From an uncultured Candidatus Berkelbacteria bacterium (lineage in GTDB: Bacteria > Patescibacteriota > UBA1384 > XYA2-FULL-43-10 > CAINNR01), in NCBI GenBank assembly GCA_903851235.1, contig CAINNR010000001.1:22432-86431 (forward strand): a stretch of 64,000 nt of DNA. The letters are read 5' to 3'. Both the position numbers and the translations under genes were made by a program. Of this stretch, positions 1 through 9,757 are shown piece after piece (position 1 is the stretch's first letter; every line of letters starts with the position of its first letter). Under the pieces are notes generated by a model. It had not been told where the DNA came from. It saw only the letters and a program-made list of their open reading frames with translations, and did not search any database.

Positions 1-2
1 GC

Positions 3-68
3 CGAATTTGCTTGCGTGAAATTGTTAGTCGTGGTGAAGTTCCAGGTGTATCAAAATCAAGTTGGTAA
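3..68 (+). CDS. rpsN: 30S ribosomal protein S14 (type Z), 3' fragment
   Basis: Manual translation RICLREIVSRGEVPGVSKSSW* matches the S14 C-terminus; lies directly upstream of rpsH; truncated by the window edge. Confidence 0.9.
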   Translation, partial: RICLREIVSRGEVPGVSKSSW

Positions 69-105
69 TCTGACAAATTTTAAATACTAAATTTAGAAAA
101 ATATT

Positions 106-483
106 ATGGACCCAATTGCAGACATGCTAACAACAATCAGAAATAATATGGCCGTCGGAAACGACAAGGCTCAAGTTTCGCATTCAAAATTGAAAGCTGC
201 GATTCTTGAACTTTTAAAGAAAAAACAAGTTATTGATGATTTTGAAATTACCACCGAAGGCGCTCGCAAGTTAATTACAATTATTGTCAAACAGAACCAC
301 TTCCCATGCCACTTAAAACGAATTTCAAAACCTGGACGACGAGTTTTTGTTAAATCGAAAGATGTTAAGGCGCCTTTATCCGGTTTGGGTTTTGTTATTA
401 TCTCGACACCAAAGGGAGTTTTGACCGGTTCGGAAGCGAAGAAAATCGGTGTTGGTGGAGAATTAATCTGCGAGGTCTGGTAA
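106..483 (+). CDS. rpsH: 30S ribosomal protein S8
   Basis: MDPIADMLTTIRN...SKPGRRV...GGELICEVW; spc operon order. Confidence 0.98.
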   Translation: MDPIADMLTTIRNNMAVGNDKAQVSHSKLKAAILELLKKKQVIDDFEITTEGARKLITIIVKQNHFPCHLKRISKPGRRVFVKSKDVKAPLSGLGFVIISTPKGVLTGSEAKKIGVGGELICEVW

Positions 484-484
484 T

Positions 485-1036
485 ATGAGTAGAGTTGGAA
501 ACAAATTAATTTCAATTCCCGAAGGTGTTAATGTTAATATCAACAACGCTGTGGTTTCTGTATCCGGATCGCGCGGAACTGAGGAATTTATTTTGCCGGT
601 TGGAATTAAAATTACTGTTGCCGATGGAAACATCAAAGTCATCCGACGTGATAACAGCAAACCACAACGATCACTTCACGGCACCAGCGCCAGAGTAATC
701 TCAAACATTGTTACCGGAATGTCTGCAGGATTTTCCCGCAAGTTGACATTCAAAGGTGTTGGTTTTACAATCGCCGTTGAAGGCAATAAAATCACTATGC
801 GATTAGGTTTCTCTCATCCGGTGGTTTTGGAAATTCCCGAAGGAATTAATGTTTCGGTGACTAAAAACACAATCAACGTTGAAGGATCAAACAAAGAAGC
901 GGTTGGTGCTTTTGCCGCAAAGTTGCGCGATTGCAAAAAGCCGGAAGTCTATAAGGGCAAAGGAATTAAATACGCCGAAGAAATTATCAGAAAGAAAGCC
1001 GGAAAAGCCGCTCAGTCATCATCGGCGAAAGGATAA
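485..1036 (+). CDS. rplF: 50S ribosomal protein L6
   Basis: MSRVGNKLI...LGFSHP...PEVYKGKGI. Confidence 0.98.
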   Translation: MSRVGNKLISIPEGVNVNINNAVVSVSGSRGTEEFILPVGIKITVADGNIKVIRRDNSKPQRSLHGTSARVISNIVTGMSAGFSRKLTFKGVGFTIAVEGNKITMRLGFSHPVVLEIPEGINVSVTKNTINVEGSNKEAVGAFAAKLRDCKKPEVYKGKGIKYAEEIIRKKAGKAAQSSSAKG

Positions 1037-1038
1037 AA

Positions 1039-1365
1039 ATGAACAAGATTAAACAGCGTAAAAATCGAGTAACAAATAAAATTAAAGCGACATCGACTCG
1101 TCCAAGGTTGATAATTTTCAGATCCAATAAAGAGATATACGCTTCTATAATTGACGATTCTGGCAATGTCAGGGCACAGGCCTCAAGCCTGAAAATTTCA
1201 AATATTAACAAAACTCAAACTGCGGAAAAGGTCGGAGAAGAGATTGCCAACAAAGCAAAAGCGGCGAAGATTTCCGAAATTGTTTTCGATCGACGCGGTT
1301 ATAAATATCACGGCCGTGTTGCAGCGCTGGCCAAAGCGGCACGAGACAAAGGCTTAAAATTCTAA
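1039..1365 (+). CDS. rplR: 50S ribosomal protein L18
   Basis: RPRLIIFRSNK...FDRRGYKYHGRV...GLKF. Confidence 0.98.
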   Translation: MNKIKQRKNRVTNKIKATSTRPRLIIFRSNKEIYASIIDDSGNVRAQASSLKISNINKTQTAEKVGEEIANKAKAAKISEIVFDRRGYKYHGRVAALAKAARDKGLKF

Positions 1366-1374
1366 GGAGTAAAA

Positions 1375-2019
1375 GTGGATAAACCAAGAAGAGAAAAATC
1401 AAATCGGGATAACCGCAATTCACAATTTGAAGAGCGCGTTGTTGAAATTTCTCGAGTTTCTCGAGTTGTTAAAGGTGGCCGAAGAATTCGTTTCCGAGTT
1501 CTAATTGTAATCGGTGATCAAAAAGGCAAAATCGGTTATGGTATTGCAAAAGGTAACGAAATTGCCGTTGCGGTTAAAAAAGCTGTCGCTGCTGCTCAGA
1601 AAAGAATGATCGACGTGCCGGTAATCGATGACACCATCCCGTACGAAATTACTCAAGATCTTGGAAGCTCGCGAGTTTTCCTTAAACCGGCGAGTCAAGG
1701 TACTTCGGTTGTTGCCGGTGGCGTCGTGCGAGTCATTGCCGAATTGGCGGGAATTAAAAATCTGCTTTCAAAAACCATTGGTAGCTCAAACAAAGTTAAT
1801 AACGTAAAAACCGTTTTCCTCGCGCTTTCAAGTTTTGATCCGGAAAAAGTTGAAATTATTCGCAAGCGTTTTGAAAAAAATTCTGCAGTTGCTCCTGTTA
1901 CCAATCCAACGGAAGTTGTTAAAGATGTTATTACCCCAACAGAAGAGCTAAAAGAAGAAAAACCAGCAAAAAAAGTAAAAGTTTCAAAAACAATTAAAAA
2001 AGGAACTCCGAATAATTAG
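1375..2019 (+). CDS. rpsE: 30S ribosomal protein S5 with Lys/Glu-rich C-terminal tail
   Basis: [14 protein letters not shown]; GTG start after AAGGAG. Confidence 0.97.
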   Translation: MDKPRREKSNRDNRNSQFEERVVEISRVSRVVKGGRRIRFRVLIVIGDQKGKIGYGIAKGNEIAVAVKKAVAAAQKRMIDVPVIDDTIPYEITQDLGSSRVFLKPASQGTSVVAGGVVRVIAELAGIKNLLSKTIGSSNKVNNVKTVFLALSSFDPEKVEIIRKRFEKNSAVAPVTNPTEVVKDVITPTEELKEEKPAKKVKVSKTIKKGTPNN

Positions 2020-2041
2020 TAATTTAGTAGGAGCCACAGGC

Positions 2042-2467
2042 ATGAAATTGCACGAACTAAAAAAAGATCAAAAATCAACCAGTCGCAAACGAGTCGGACG
2101 TGGTATTTCTGCTGGTGGTGGCAAAACCGCCGGCAGGGGGACCAAAGGCCAAAACTCTCGTTCCGGCCATAATATCCCACGAAAATTTGAAGGCGGACAA
2201 ACTCCGCTTATTATGCGTTTGCACAAACTAAAAGGTTTCAAAAGCCATCAAGATGAAGTTCAGGTTGTTACTCTGGATGAAATATCAAAAAATTTCAAAG
2301 ACAAAGAAACTGTATCTGTGCAATCACTTTTGAAAAAAGGTATGATTAAAAAAGGGCAGCCAGCGAAAATTCTAAATACCGGTGAACTAAAAGTTGCGGT
2401 AAAAATTGCCGATGACGTCAAAACCTCAAAATCAGTACTGGAAATTGTAAGCTCAAAATCAAAATAA
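2042..2467 (+). CDS. rplO: 50S ribosomal protein L15
   Basis: [24 protein letters not shown]...FEGGQTPL. Confidence 0.98.
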   Translation: MKLHELKKDQKSTSRKRVGRGISAGGGKTAGRGTKGQNSRSGHNIPRKFEGGQTPLIMRLHKLKGFKSHQDEVQVVTLDEISKNFKDKETVSVQSLLKKGMIKKGQPAKILNTGELKVAVKIADDVKTSKSVLEIVSSKSK

Positions 2468-2517
2468 ATTCTCATTCGTAATTTTGTTTAATTTGTAATT
2501 TAGTAGGAGCCAGCGGC

Positions 2518-3792
2518 ATGAATACTTTGGCAAAAATCTGGCAATATAAAGATTTGCGCAATAAAGTTTTGACTGTTGCCGGGCTTTTGGTAATTACTCG
2601 AATTATCGCTCACATTCCACTTCCGGGTGTAGATTTAGCTCAATTACAAAACTTTTTTAATCAAAACCAAATTTTTGGACTCTTGAATATGTTTTCTGGT
2701 GGCACAATGAGCTCCTTCTCCATCGCACTGATGGGCGTTGGACCGTACATTACTTCATCAATTGTTTTTCAGCTCTTAACTATGATTGTCCCGAAATTCG
2801 AAGAGTTGCAGAAAGAGGGTGAATCCGGCCGCAATAAAATCAATCAATGGACAAGGCTTTTAACCGTTCCATTAGCAATTGTTCAGGGCTACAGTATGCT
2901 TTTCTTGTTGCGCTCGCAAGGCATAATTCCAACCTGGACAATCTATCAACTAATTTTAATGCTGGTTTCAATCACCGCTGGAACATTGGTGCTAATGTGG
3001 ATTGGCGAAATTATTACCGAAAAGGGGATTGGCAATGGTTTGTCGTTGATCATCTCGGTTGGAATTTTGGCAAAACTGCCTTCATCAATCAGAAATACCG
3101 CTTCGTTAATTTCGGTTGCCGACACAGCTAAAATTGTCGAGATGATATTTTTTGTCCTCATTGCTTTGGGAATTGTTGGCGTTATAGTTTTAATCACCGA
3201 AGGCCAACGAAATATTCCGGTTTCCTACGCCAGAAAATCGCGTGGTCAAAACTCTTATTCGTCCCTCAACACATTTTTGCCGATTAAAGTTAACACCGCC
3301 GGTGTTATTCCAATAATCTTCGCCATGAGTTTAATGATCATTCCAGGTGTTCTCGGTAAATTTTTGGAAAGTGCAAAGTCGGCGTCAATTGCTCATTTAG
3401 CGACATCAACAGTCAACTTGTTTACTAATAACTTCTTTTACGCTTCACTTTACTTTGTTATGGTGGTTGCTTTCACATACTTCTATACATCCGTCGTTTT
3501 CAAACCGGATCAAATTGCCGAAAACTTGCAAAAACAGGGGGGTTTTATCCCTGGAATTCGTCCAGGCAGCGAAACGATTCATTTTCTTGGCAATATTATT
3601 GTTCGGATTACGCTGACCTCATCAATCTTTTTGGGAGTAATAGCTGTTTTGCCTTATATAATGCAGGCGGTCACCAACATTAATACCTTGGTCATCGGTG
3701 GCACCGGCATTCTAATTGTCGTTTCAGTTGTAATCGAAACCATGAACCAAATGCAAGCGCAGTTGACAATGCACACATACGAAAACTATTAA
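2518..3792 (+). CDS. secY: Preprotein translocase subunit SecY
   Basis: SIALMGVGPYITSSI, GIGNGLSLII and FIPGIRPG motifs; many TM segments. Confidence 0.98.
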   Translation: MNTLAKIWQYKDLRNKVLTVAGLLVITRIIAHIPLPGVDLAQLQNFFNQNQIFGLLNMFSGGTMSSFSIALMGVGPYITSSIVFQLLTMIVPKFEELQKEGESGRNKINQWTRLLTVPLAIVQGYSMLFLLRSQGIIPTWTIYQLILMLVSITAGTLVLMWIGEIITEKGIGNGLSLIISVGILAKLPSSIRNTASLISVADTAKIVEMIFFVLIALGIVGVIVLITEGQRNIPVSYARKSRGQNSYSSLNTFLPIKVNTAGVIPIIFAMSLMIIPGVLGKFLESAKSASIAHLATSTVNLFTNNFFYASLYFVMVVAFTYFYTSVVFKPDQIAENLQKQGGFIPGIRPGSETIHFLGNIIVRITLTSSIFLGVIAVLPYIMQAVTNINTLVIGGTGILIVVSVVIETMNQMQAQLTMHTYENY

Positions 3793-3820
3793 AATCAATC
3801 CTAATTTTTGTGGGAGCATT

Positions 3821-4444
3821 ATGCAAAAAGTTATTATCATGCTTGGGTTTCCGGCGTCCGGTAAAGGGACACAAGCGAATATATTAGCCAAAAGATTAGG
3901 TTACAATTATTTTGGCACCGGCGATCTATTGCGAGCTGAGGTAGAAAAAGGATCAGAGCTTGGCAAAACTTTTGCTAAGTTGATGGATGTCGGAGAATTG
4001 GTACCGGACAATCTTACCGATCCGCTTGTTAAGAAAAAACTTGGGAGTTTAAAAGGTTCTGGTGTGATTCTGGACGGCTACCCAAGAAATTTGAATCAGG
4101 TTCAAGTTTTAAAACAGGTTTTTCCGGATGAAGATTTTTTGGTTTTAAATATTGAGGTTTCGGCTGAGGCGCTACTTAAACGAATGCAAAATCGTCGAAT
4201 TTGTGAAAAGTGTGGTAAAATTTATACCATCAACCCCGGGGAAAACAGGAAGTGTGATATATGTGGCGGAAATCTTATCCAGCGGGCGGATGACAGTCCG
4301 GAAGTGTTGGCAAGGCGAATCACAACGTACGAGGAGCTGACCAGTCCGATCATCAGATATTATCAGAATAAAGGTGTTCTGGTAACCATTAATGGTGAAC
4401 CGCCAATCCCCGAAGTTACAAAAGAAATTGAAAAGGTAGTCTAA
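3821..4444 (+). CDS. adk: Adenylate kinase (Zn-lid type)
   Basis: GFPASGKGTQA P-loop, LDGYPR, CEKC...CDIC lid. Confidence 0.96.
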   Translation: MQKVIIMLGFPASGKGTQANILAKRLGYNYFGTGDLLRAEVEKGSELGKTFAKLMDVGELVPDNLTDPLVKKKLGSLKGSGVILDGYPRNLNQVQVLKQVFPDEDFLVLNIEVSAEALLKRMQNRRICEKCGKIYTINPGENRKCDICGGNLIQRADDSPEVLARRITTYEELTSPIIRYYQNKGVLVTINGEPPIPEVTKEIEKVV

Positions 4445-5205
4445 TGCAGAGAAAATTGTTGCCTGAACAACTTACCGATTTCCGAAAATCCGGTAAGATT
4501 TTAGCTACCGCTCTTTTCGAAGTTGCAAATTACGTTAAGCCCGGTGTTACAACGATGACCTTGGACGAAATTGCCGAGAGAAGTTTGCGCCGACAAGGCG
4601 CACAGCCATCGTTTAAAAATTATAAAACCGGTGACGCGCCTAGGTTTCCTGCATCTTTGTGTGTTTCAATAAACGACGAACTGGTTCACGGAATTCCAAA
4701 TGAAAAACGTTTTATAAAGGATGGCGATATTATCTCGCTCGATTTGGGCGCCAATTACCACGGAACTTTTACCGATATGGCGGTTACCATCCCGGTCGGA
4801 AAAATTTCATCGAATGACAAAAAACTAATTGATGTAACAAAAAATGTTCTAATGGAAGCAATAAAATATGTCAAACCCGGCATAACAACCGGCGACTTGG
4901 GAAATTTTATTGACAGCTATGTAAAAAAACAAAAGCTATTGGTAATTCGCGATTTTGTTGGACATGGGATTGGTCTTCAGCCTCATGACGAACCACAATT
5001 ACCGAATTTTGGACAACCCGGGAGAGGTCCAATCCTCGAAGTTGGAATGACAATTGCAATCGAGCCAATGGTGACGTCTGATGACATCGAGATTAAAATT
5101 GCCAAAGACGGCTGGACCGTAAGGATGGTTAGAGGTCAGCACTCCGCTCACTTTGAACACACAATTTTAATCACCAAATCCGGCGCAGAATTAATTACAA
5201 AATAA
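4444..5205 (+). CDS. map: Methionine aminopeptidase type I
   Basis: VHGIP, GHGIG, AIEPM and SAHFEHT motifs; follows adk. Confidence 0.97.
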   Translation: MQRKLLPEQLTDFRKSGKILATALFEVANYVKPGVTTMTLDEIAERSLRRQGAQPSFKNYKTGDAPRFPASLCVSINDELVHGIPNEKRFIKDGDIISLDLGANYHGTFTDMAVTIPVGKISSNDKKLIDVTKNVLMEAIKYVKPGITTGDLGNFIDSYVKKQKLLVIRDFVGHGIGLQPHDEPQLPNFGQPGRGPILEVGMTIAIEPMVTSDDIEIKIAKDGWTVRMVRGQHSAHFEHTILITKSGAELITK

Positions 5206-5241
5206 ATATATTTTACTGAGAAATTATTCCAGGGGTATTAA

Positions 5242-5535
5242 ATGACTCAATCGAGGAAAATTGGCATCGTACTGCTTGTTCTCGGATTGTTAGGTATGTT
5301 ATTTTTTAGATCGGATTTGTTGTACTATTTAATTTTACCGTCAGCCGCCGCGTTATTAATTGGTGGTTTCTTAATTTATCGCTGGCTACCGATTTTGTTT
5401 CTACTTATAGCCGGTGTTGCCTCATACTTTTTTATTCATTTTGATTTCCAATCGGCTCCGATGCTTTTTATAATTGAAGGTTTTTTGTTAATTTTGATTA
5501 CTGTTTTTGCGGTTTTAGCTAAAAAAACACATTAA
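5242..5535 (+). CDS. Hypothetical small multi-pass membrane protein
   Basis: 97 aa, almost entirely hydrophobic; AGGGG SD. Confidence 0.75.
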   Translation: MTQSRKIGIVLLVLGLLGMLFFRSDLLYYLILPSAAALLIGGFLIYRWLPILFLLIAGVASYFFIHFDFQSAPMLFIIEGFLLILITVFAVLAKKTH

Positions 5536-5579
5536 TTGTTATGTTATGCACGTTAATGTGCTATAATAGGATATATTAT

Positions 5580-6860
5580 ATGAAATCGAAGTTACTGACA
5601 ATTATTAGTTCACTGGTGTTATTGGTGGTGATGACGGTCTTGCCGACCGCATCTTTTGCGCTAAGCTGGTCGCAAGTAAATCAAAATGATTTCGGTGGTA
5701 CTCCGCCTTTTGGCAATAGTTACATCAATGAAGTTGTAAATTTTAAAGGTAGAATGTACGCCGCAAAAACCGAATCAGATGCTGGCTACGATTCAACTTG
5801 GGCTAATTTATATCGTTGCTGTGGCGCCGGTCAGTCAGGCTGGAATAATGTTTTTGATGGTGACACCAAATGGGACGCCGATTTCGATTTATTTCCCGGT
5901 GACGACCATGACAGCGATCAGGAATTAATTCCAGTTGTTATCAACAATAGATTATATGTCGGAACAAAGAACGTGAGTGGTGGTGAGCTTTGGGTCAGTG
6001 ACGACGGAGACAACTACTCATTAATTTATAACGACGGGATTGACAACCAAGATAATACGGCAATTAGAAGCATAATTCAGTTTAATGGCAATATTTATCT
6101 CGGCACAGCTAACGACAATGATGGCGCTAGAATTTATCGGATTGAGAATAATTCGAGTGCTACCCAAGTAAATGATGATGGCTTTGGTGATTTTAATAAC
6201 ACCGAAGTGACACAGATGTTCGTTTTTGACGGTTATTTGTATGCCGGAATTTATAATCCAAACGGCAGTCAGCTTTATCGCTCCGCCAGCGGAGATATTG
6301 GAAGTTGGACTCTCGTCAATAATGATGGCTTTTCAGATTCCAACAACACTTACATTATCGCATCTACGATTTTTAACAATGAAATGTATATCGGTACATA
6401 CAACACGACAGATGGTGGTCAGGTCTTGGTCAGTAGCAACGGAACCAGCTGGGCAACTACCGGTGGTGACGGACTTGGAAGCAGTCACAATACCGAAATC
6501 GGTTCACTTTTGGTCGCAAATGATGGAAATTTATATGCCGGTACGCGCAATGACACCGACGGCGCAAAGCTGTATTATAGTAGCAACGGCACTTCTTGGT
6601 CGCAAGATAACGGTATAAATTTTTCAAATCCATATAATTATGCAATTTTCGCCATGTATTCCGATAGTAATACGTTTTTTGCTGTAATGTCCAATAAGCA
6701 TACTGGTGCCGAAGTGTTTTGCTCCGGTTGTACTAATGGTAATTGGTGTATACTTGATGCAATTGATGACCCATCAACTACATCAAATTCAAATCCGCAG
6801 TCTCCAATTTCTGAGAATAAACCCAAAGTTCTGTTTCCGCAAACTGGTGTCGGTGAATAG
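5580..6860 (+). CDS. Secreted acidic repeat (beta-propeller-like) protein with terminal FPQTG motif
   Basis: Signal peptide MKSKLL...ASFA; ~50-aa repeats (N-D-G-F-x-D-x-N-N-T ... LYAGT ... G-x-x-L-Y); TGcTATAAT upstream favours ATG 5580. Confidence 0.8.
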   Translation: MKSKLLTIISSLVLLVVMTVLPTASFALSWSQVNQNDFGGTPPFGNSYINEVVNFKGRMYAAKTESDAGYDSTWANLYRCCGAGQSGWNNVFDGDTKWDADFDLFPGDDHDSDQELIPVVINNRLYVGTKNVSGGELWVSDDGDNYSLIYNDGIDNQDNTAIRSIIQFNGNIYLGTANDNDGARIYRIENNSSATQVNDDGFGDFNNTEVTQMFVFDGYLYAGIYNPNGSQLYRSASGDIGSWTLVNNDGFSDSNNTYIIASTIFNNEMYIGTYNTTDGGQVLVSSNGTSWATTGGDGLGSSHNTEIGSLLVANDGNLYAGTRNDTDGAKLYYSSNGTSWSQDNGINFSNPYNYAIFAMYSDSNTFFAVMSNKHTGAEVFCSGCTNGNWCILDAIDDPSTTSNSNPQSPISENKPKVLFPQTGVGE

Positions 6861-6905
6861 TATATTAATTATTACGATCAGAGTAATTAACGGACAAGGA
6901 GTGTA

Positions 6906-7223
6906 ATGAATTTAAATTCATTTTTTCAAATCACGGTTAGTATTTTCTCAATCATTGCCAGTATTTTTATGCTGACTTTATTTGTTTGGGCAATTATTTT
7001 GCACGGCCAGCTCAGTAAGTTGTTGAAAAAACTTGAGGAGATTTCTGATGTTGCTAAGACTACCGCCAACGATGCAAAGGAATTCATCGACCGAACAATT
7101 GAATCGCTTGAAGCATTTAAAAACAGTATTTTCACTTTTGAGTTTATTCGCAAGATTGTGACTGAAATAATTGAACTTATTAAAAATAATTCGAAAGGAG
7201 CAAAAGATGGACAAAAAAAGTAA
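6906..7223 (+). CDS. Single-TM coiled-coil protein (YtxG/DUF948-like)
   Basis: N-terminal TM then helical region; AAGGAG SD; overlaps the YtxH-like gene. Confidence 0.65.
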   Translation: MNLNSFFQITVSIFSIIASIFMLTLFVWAIILHGQLSKLLKKLEEISDVAKTTANDAKEFIDRTIESLEAFKNSIFTFEFIRKIVTEIIELIKNNSKGAKDGQKK

Positions 7224-7527
7224 GGGTGTGATTCTTGGTGCATCAGTTGGAATTTTGGCTGGAGCGATCGCAGGTATTTTATTGGCACCGAAATCGGGTA
7301 AAGAAACCCGAGCGGATATTACAAAACATGTGGGCGAAATGAAGGATAAAATCGCCAAAGAGCTATCAAAGGTTGGCAAGGTCAGTAAAGAAGCTTACAA
7401 CGAGATTGTTGAGAAAGTTGTAAAGGTTTATGAATTAGAAAAAAAGATCACTCCGAAAGATGCCAAGGATATTATTACAAAACTTGACGCTAATTACAAA
7501 AAAGTTGTTGAGGTCATGAAAAAATAA
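7207..7527 (+). CDS. YtxH domain-containing protein
   Basis: GILAGAIAGILLAPKSGKETR signature; AAAGGAG SD before ATG 7207. Confidence 0.9.
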   Translation: MDKKSKGVILGASVGILAGAIAGILLAPKSGKETRADITKHVGEMKDKIAKELSKVGKVSKEAYNEIVEKVVKVYELEKKITPKDAKDIITKLDANYKKVVEVMKK

Positions 7528-7544
7528 TTTCGTCTGTTTGATTG

Positions 7545-7572
7545 AAAAAAGCGCTCCAGTTGGAGCGCTTTT
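7545..7572. terminator. Bidirectional intrinsic terminator
   Basis: aaaaaa-gcgctcca/tggagcgc-tttt between convergent genes. Confidence 0.85.
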
Positions 7573-7592
7573 GGATTTGATAGACAATAGTG

Positions 7593-7874
7593 TTATGAAT
7601 CAGATTCTAGACACTCTTCGCATTGTGGTTCGCCATCTCGCAACGCTTTGCGAATTTTTGTTTCGAGCTCTTCAATGTTGGTGGAATCAGGCAGTGGCAA
7701 AGCATTTTCGTCACGAATTTCATAAATCGTTGATGTCGTAGAGACAATTGCCGGTAATCTGTGAATCTTACACTCCACCGATTCGATTTGTATCACTTCT
7801 TGATCGTAATCGACTAGATACGTTTTATCTCCAACTACAACTTCGGTCGAACATGTTGGATACTCCCGTGACAT
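7593..7874 (-). CDS. Hypothetical protein, possible metal-binding (CxxH ... CxxC)
   Basis: AGGAGG SD, own promoter-like sequence, terminator downstream. Confidence 0.7.
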   Translation of the reverse strand: MSREYPTCSTEVVVGDKTYLVDYDQEVIQIESVECKIHRLPAIVSTTSTIYEIRDENALPLPDSTNIEELETKIRKALRDGEPQCEECLESDS

Positions 7875-7995
7875 CTGGCAACACCTCCTTGTGATGCTAC
7901 AATATTAGCACATGTGGTATTTACTTGCAACATGTATGTAGAGAACCTCGTCTGAGACAGATGAGGAAGGAAAAGCCATACCGGTATGTTAAAGA

Positions 7996-8382
7996 TCAAC
8001 TGGGATCGATTATTCTCATGCCATAGCGACGAAGCGACTCGCGCGTGGCAATTGTTTCCCAACTCTCTCCGACAACAGGAGAGCTGGAAATACCGGAGTA
8101 AAAATGAGAGCACAAGAGGGATCGATTTAGCAAAAGATTCAAACATGCAATACGATGCTCGGATGCGTCAATGTCATCAACTTGATGTTTGCCAGCAAGG
8201 CATACGCAATTGACGCTATGAAGCACCAATACTCGACTGCTAATCGTACAGCAGGTGATGATATTGATTGTATGCTCACCGCAGTTGAAAAGATAACTGC
8301 TATCCCAGAAAGATGAGATCTGTCCGACCGAATTTTCGATAGCTTGCCTGACTTTTTCGTCCAGCTCAACCACAATCGTCAC
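7996..8382 (-). CDS. Hypothetical Cys/His-rich protein
   Basis: GGGG SD; TTGACT/TATGAT promoter at 8419-8446; hairpin cctcgtctg/cagatgagg downstream; start uncertain. Confidence 0.55.
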   Translation of the reverse strand: MTIVVELDEKVRQAIENSVGQISSFWDSSYLFNCGEHTINIITCCTISSRVLVLHSVNCVCLAGKHQVDDIDASEHRIACLNLLLNRSLLCSHFYSGISSSPVVGESWETIATRESLRRYGMRIIDPS

Positions 8383-8506
8383 GCCCCTTTGGTATTTGAT
8401 CCGACCTGACTCTCAAATATCATACTCCTGTATTGGAAAAAGTCAACAAAAAAAGGAGGATTTTTATCACTCCTTTTCTTGTATCATTGGTAATATCAAG
8501 CGGAAT

Positions 8507-9757
8507 TTATTCAACAAAGGTCAAAGCTTGACCGGATTTGTCACCACGACCAGTTCGACCGATTCGGTGGCAGTAATCGTCGTAGGTATTTGGAATTGTG
8601 TAATTGATAACGTGTGAAATGTTGCCAATGTCTAACCCGCGAGCAGCGACATCGGTCGCGACCAAGATTTTGCAACTGTTGTTGCGAAAAGCGGTCAATG
8701 ATCGTTCTCGCTGACTTTGGCGTTTATTGCCATGAATTGACTCGGCGCGGTGACCGTGGCTTGAGAGGTCCAATGCCAATTTTTCAACATCTCTTTTTGT
8801 TTCGGTGAATATTAGAACTTTGGTTAGCTCCGGCTGATTTAATAGATCTTGGAGCTTGTCGAATTTTTCCGATTTGTCCCTTACCCGAACGATATCCTGC
8901 AAAATGTTGGCCGCCGTGTCACCGGTTTTGACTGCAACAGTTACCGGATTGTTCAGGTATTGCGTCACCAAATTCTTGATTTTTATTGGCAAAGTGGCAG
9001 AGAAAAACAAAGCTTGTCGCTTTGGCGGCAAAACATTGAGGATGTTGGTTATCTCCTCAACAAATCCCATATCAAGCATTCGATCGACTTCGTCCAAAAC
9101 TATGTTTTGAAATGATGAAAATCTGATCAAACCTCTGTCGGATAAATCTCTTAACCTTCCGGGCGTTCCAATGACAAAACTGTAATTTCTTCGTAGATTT
9201 TGAATTTGTCGGCTAATCGGTGTGCCACCAACACAAACAACGGAGAAGATTCCCATTCCGTTGGCGAATTTTCGAAATTCATTGTCAATCTGAATCGCCA
9301 GCTCTCTTGTCGGAGCAATGATTATCGTTTTTTGATACTTATTATTATAGATCTTCTCGATAAGTGGCAGCAAAAAAGCGGCGGTTTTGCCGGTGCCGGT
9401 GTTTGCCAAACCGATCAAATCTCGTCCCTGCATAATCGGTTTAATCGCCCCGTCCTGAATCGGCGTCGGTGCCAAATATGCTCTATGGTCCAAATTTCTT
9501 TGCAATTCTGGGCAAAAACCGAAATCTCGGAAAAGATTTTCGGCTTTATAATCACCGGATTGGCTCATAGGTACCGAGCGCATAATGAATTTTGAGATAT
9601 CAATGTTTTCACCGCGCTGCCGACGAGCCGGTCGTTGTCGTGAGTTGCTTTGCTGAGAGGAACTAAATCTCTTTGGCCCGGATCCGCTCAGCGGTCGGTT
9701 TCCAAAACTGCTTCTTCGTGATCCAAAATTGCTTCTGGTACTGTTTCTTCCGTACAT
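8507..9757 (-). CDS. DEAD-box ATP-dependent RNA helicase
   Basis: PTPIQ, TGTGKT, PTRELA, TPGR, DEVD, SAT, ARGLD and HRIGRTGR motifs; Arg/Ser-rich N-terminus; likely ATG 9757. Confidence 0.96.
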   Translation of the reverse strand: MYGRNSTRSNFGSRRSSFGNRPLSGSGPKRFSSSQQSNSRQRPARRQRGENIDISKFIMRSVPMSQSGDYKAENLFRDFGFCPELQRNLDHRAYLAPTPIQDGAIKPIMQGRDLIGLANTGTGKTAAFLLPLIEKIYNNKYQKTIIIAPTRELAIQIDNEFRKFANGMGIFSVVCVGGTPISRQIQNLRRNYSFVIGTPGRLRDLSDRGLIRFSSFQNIVLDEVDRMLDMGFVEEITNILNVLPPKRQALFFSATLPIKIKNLVTQYLNNPVTVAVKTGDTAANILQDIVRVRDKSEKFDKLQDLLNQPELTKVLIFTETKRDVEKLALDLSSHGHRAESIHGNKRQSQRERSLTAFRNNSCKILVATDVAARGLDIGNISHVINYTIPNTYDDYCHRIGRTGRGDKSGQALTFVE

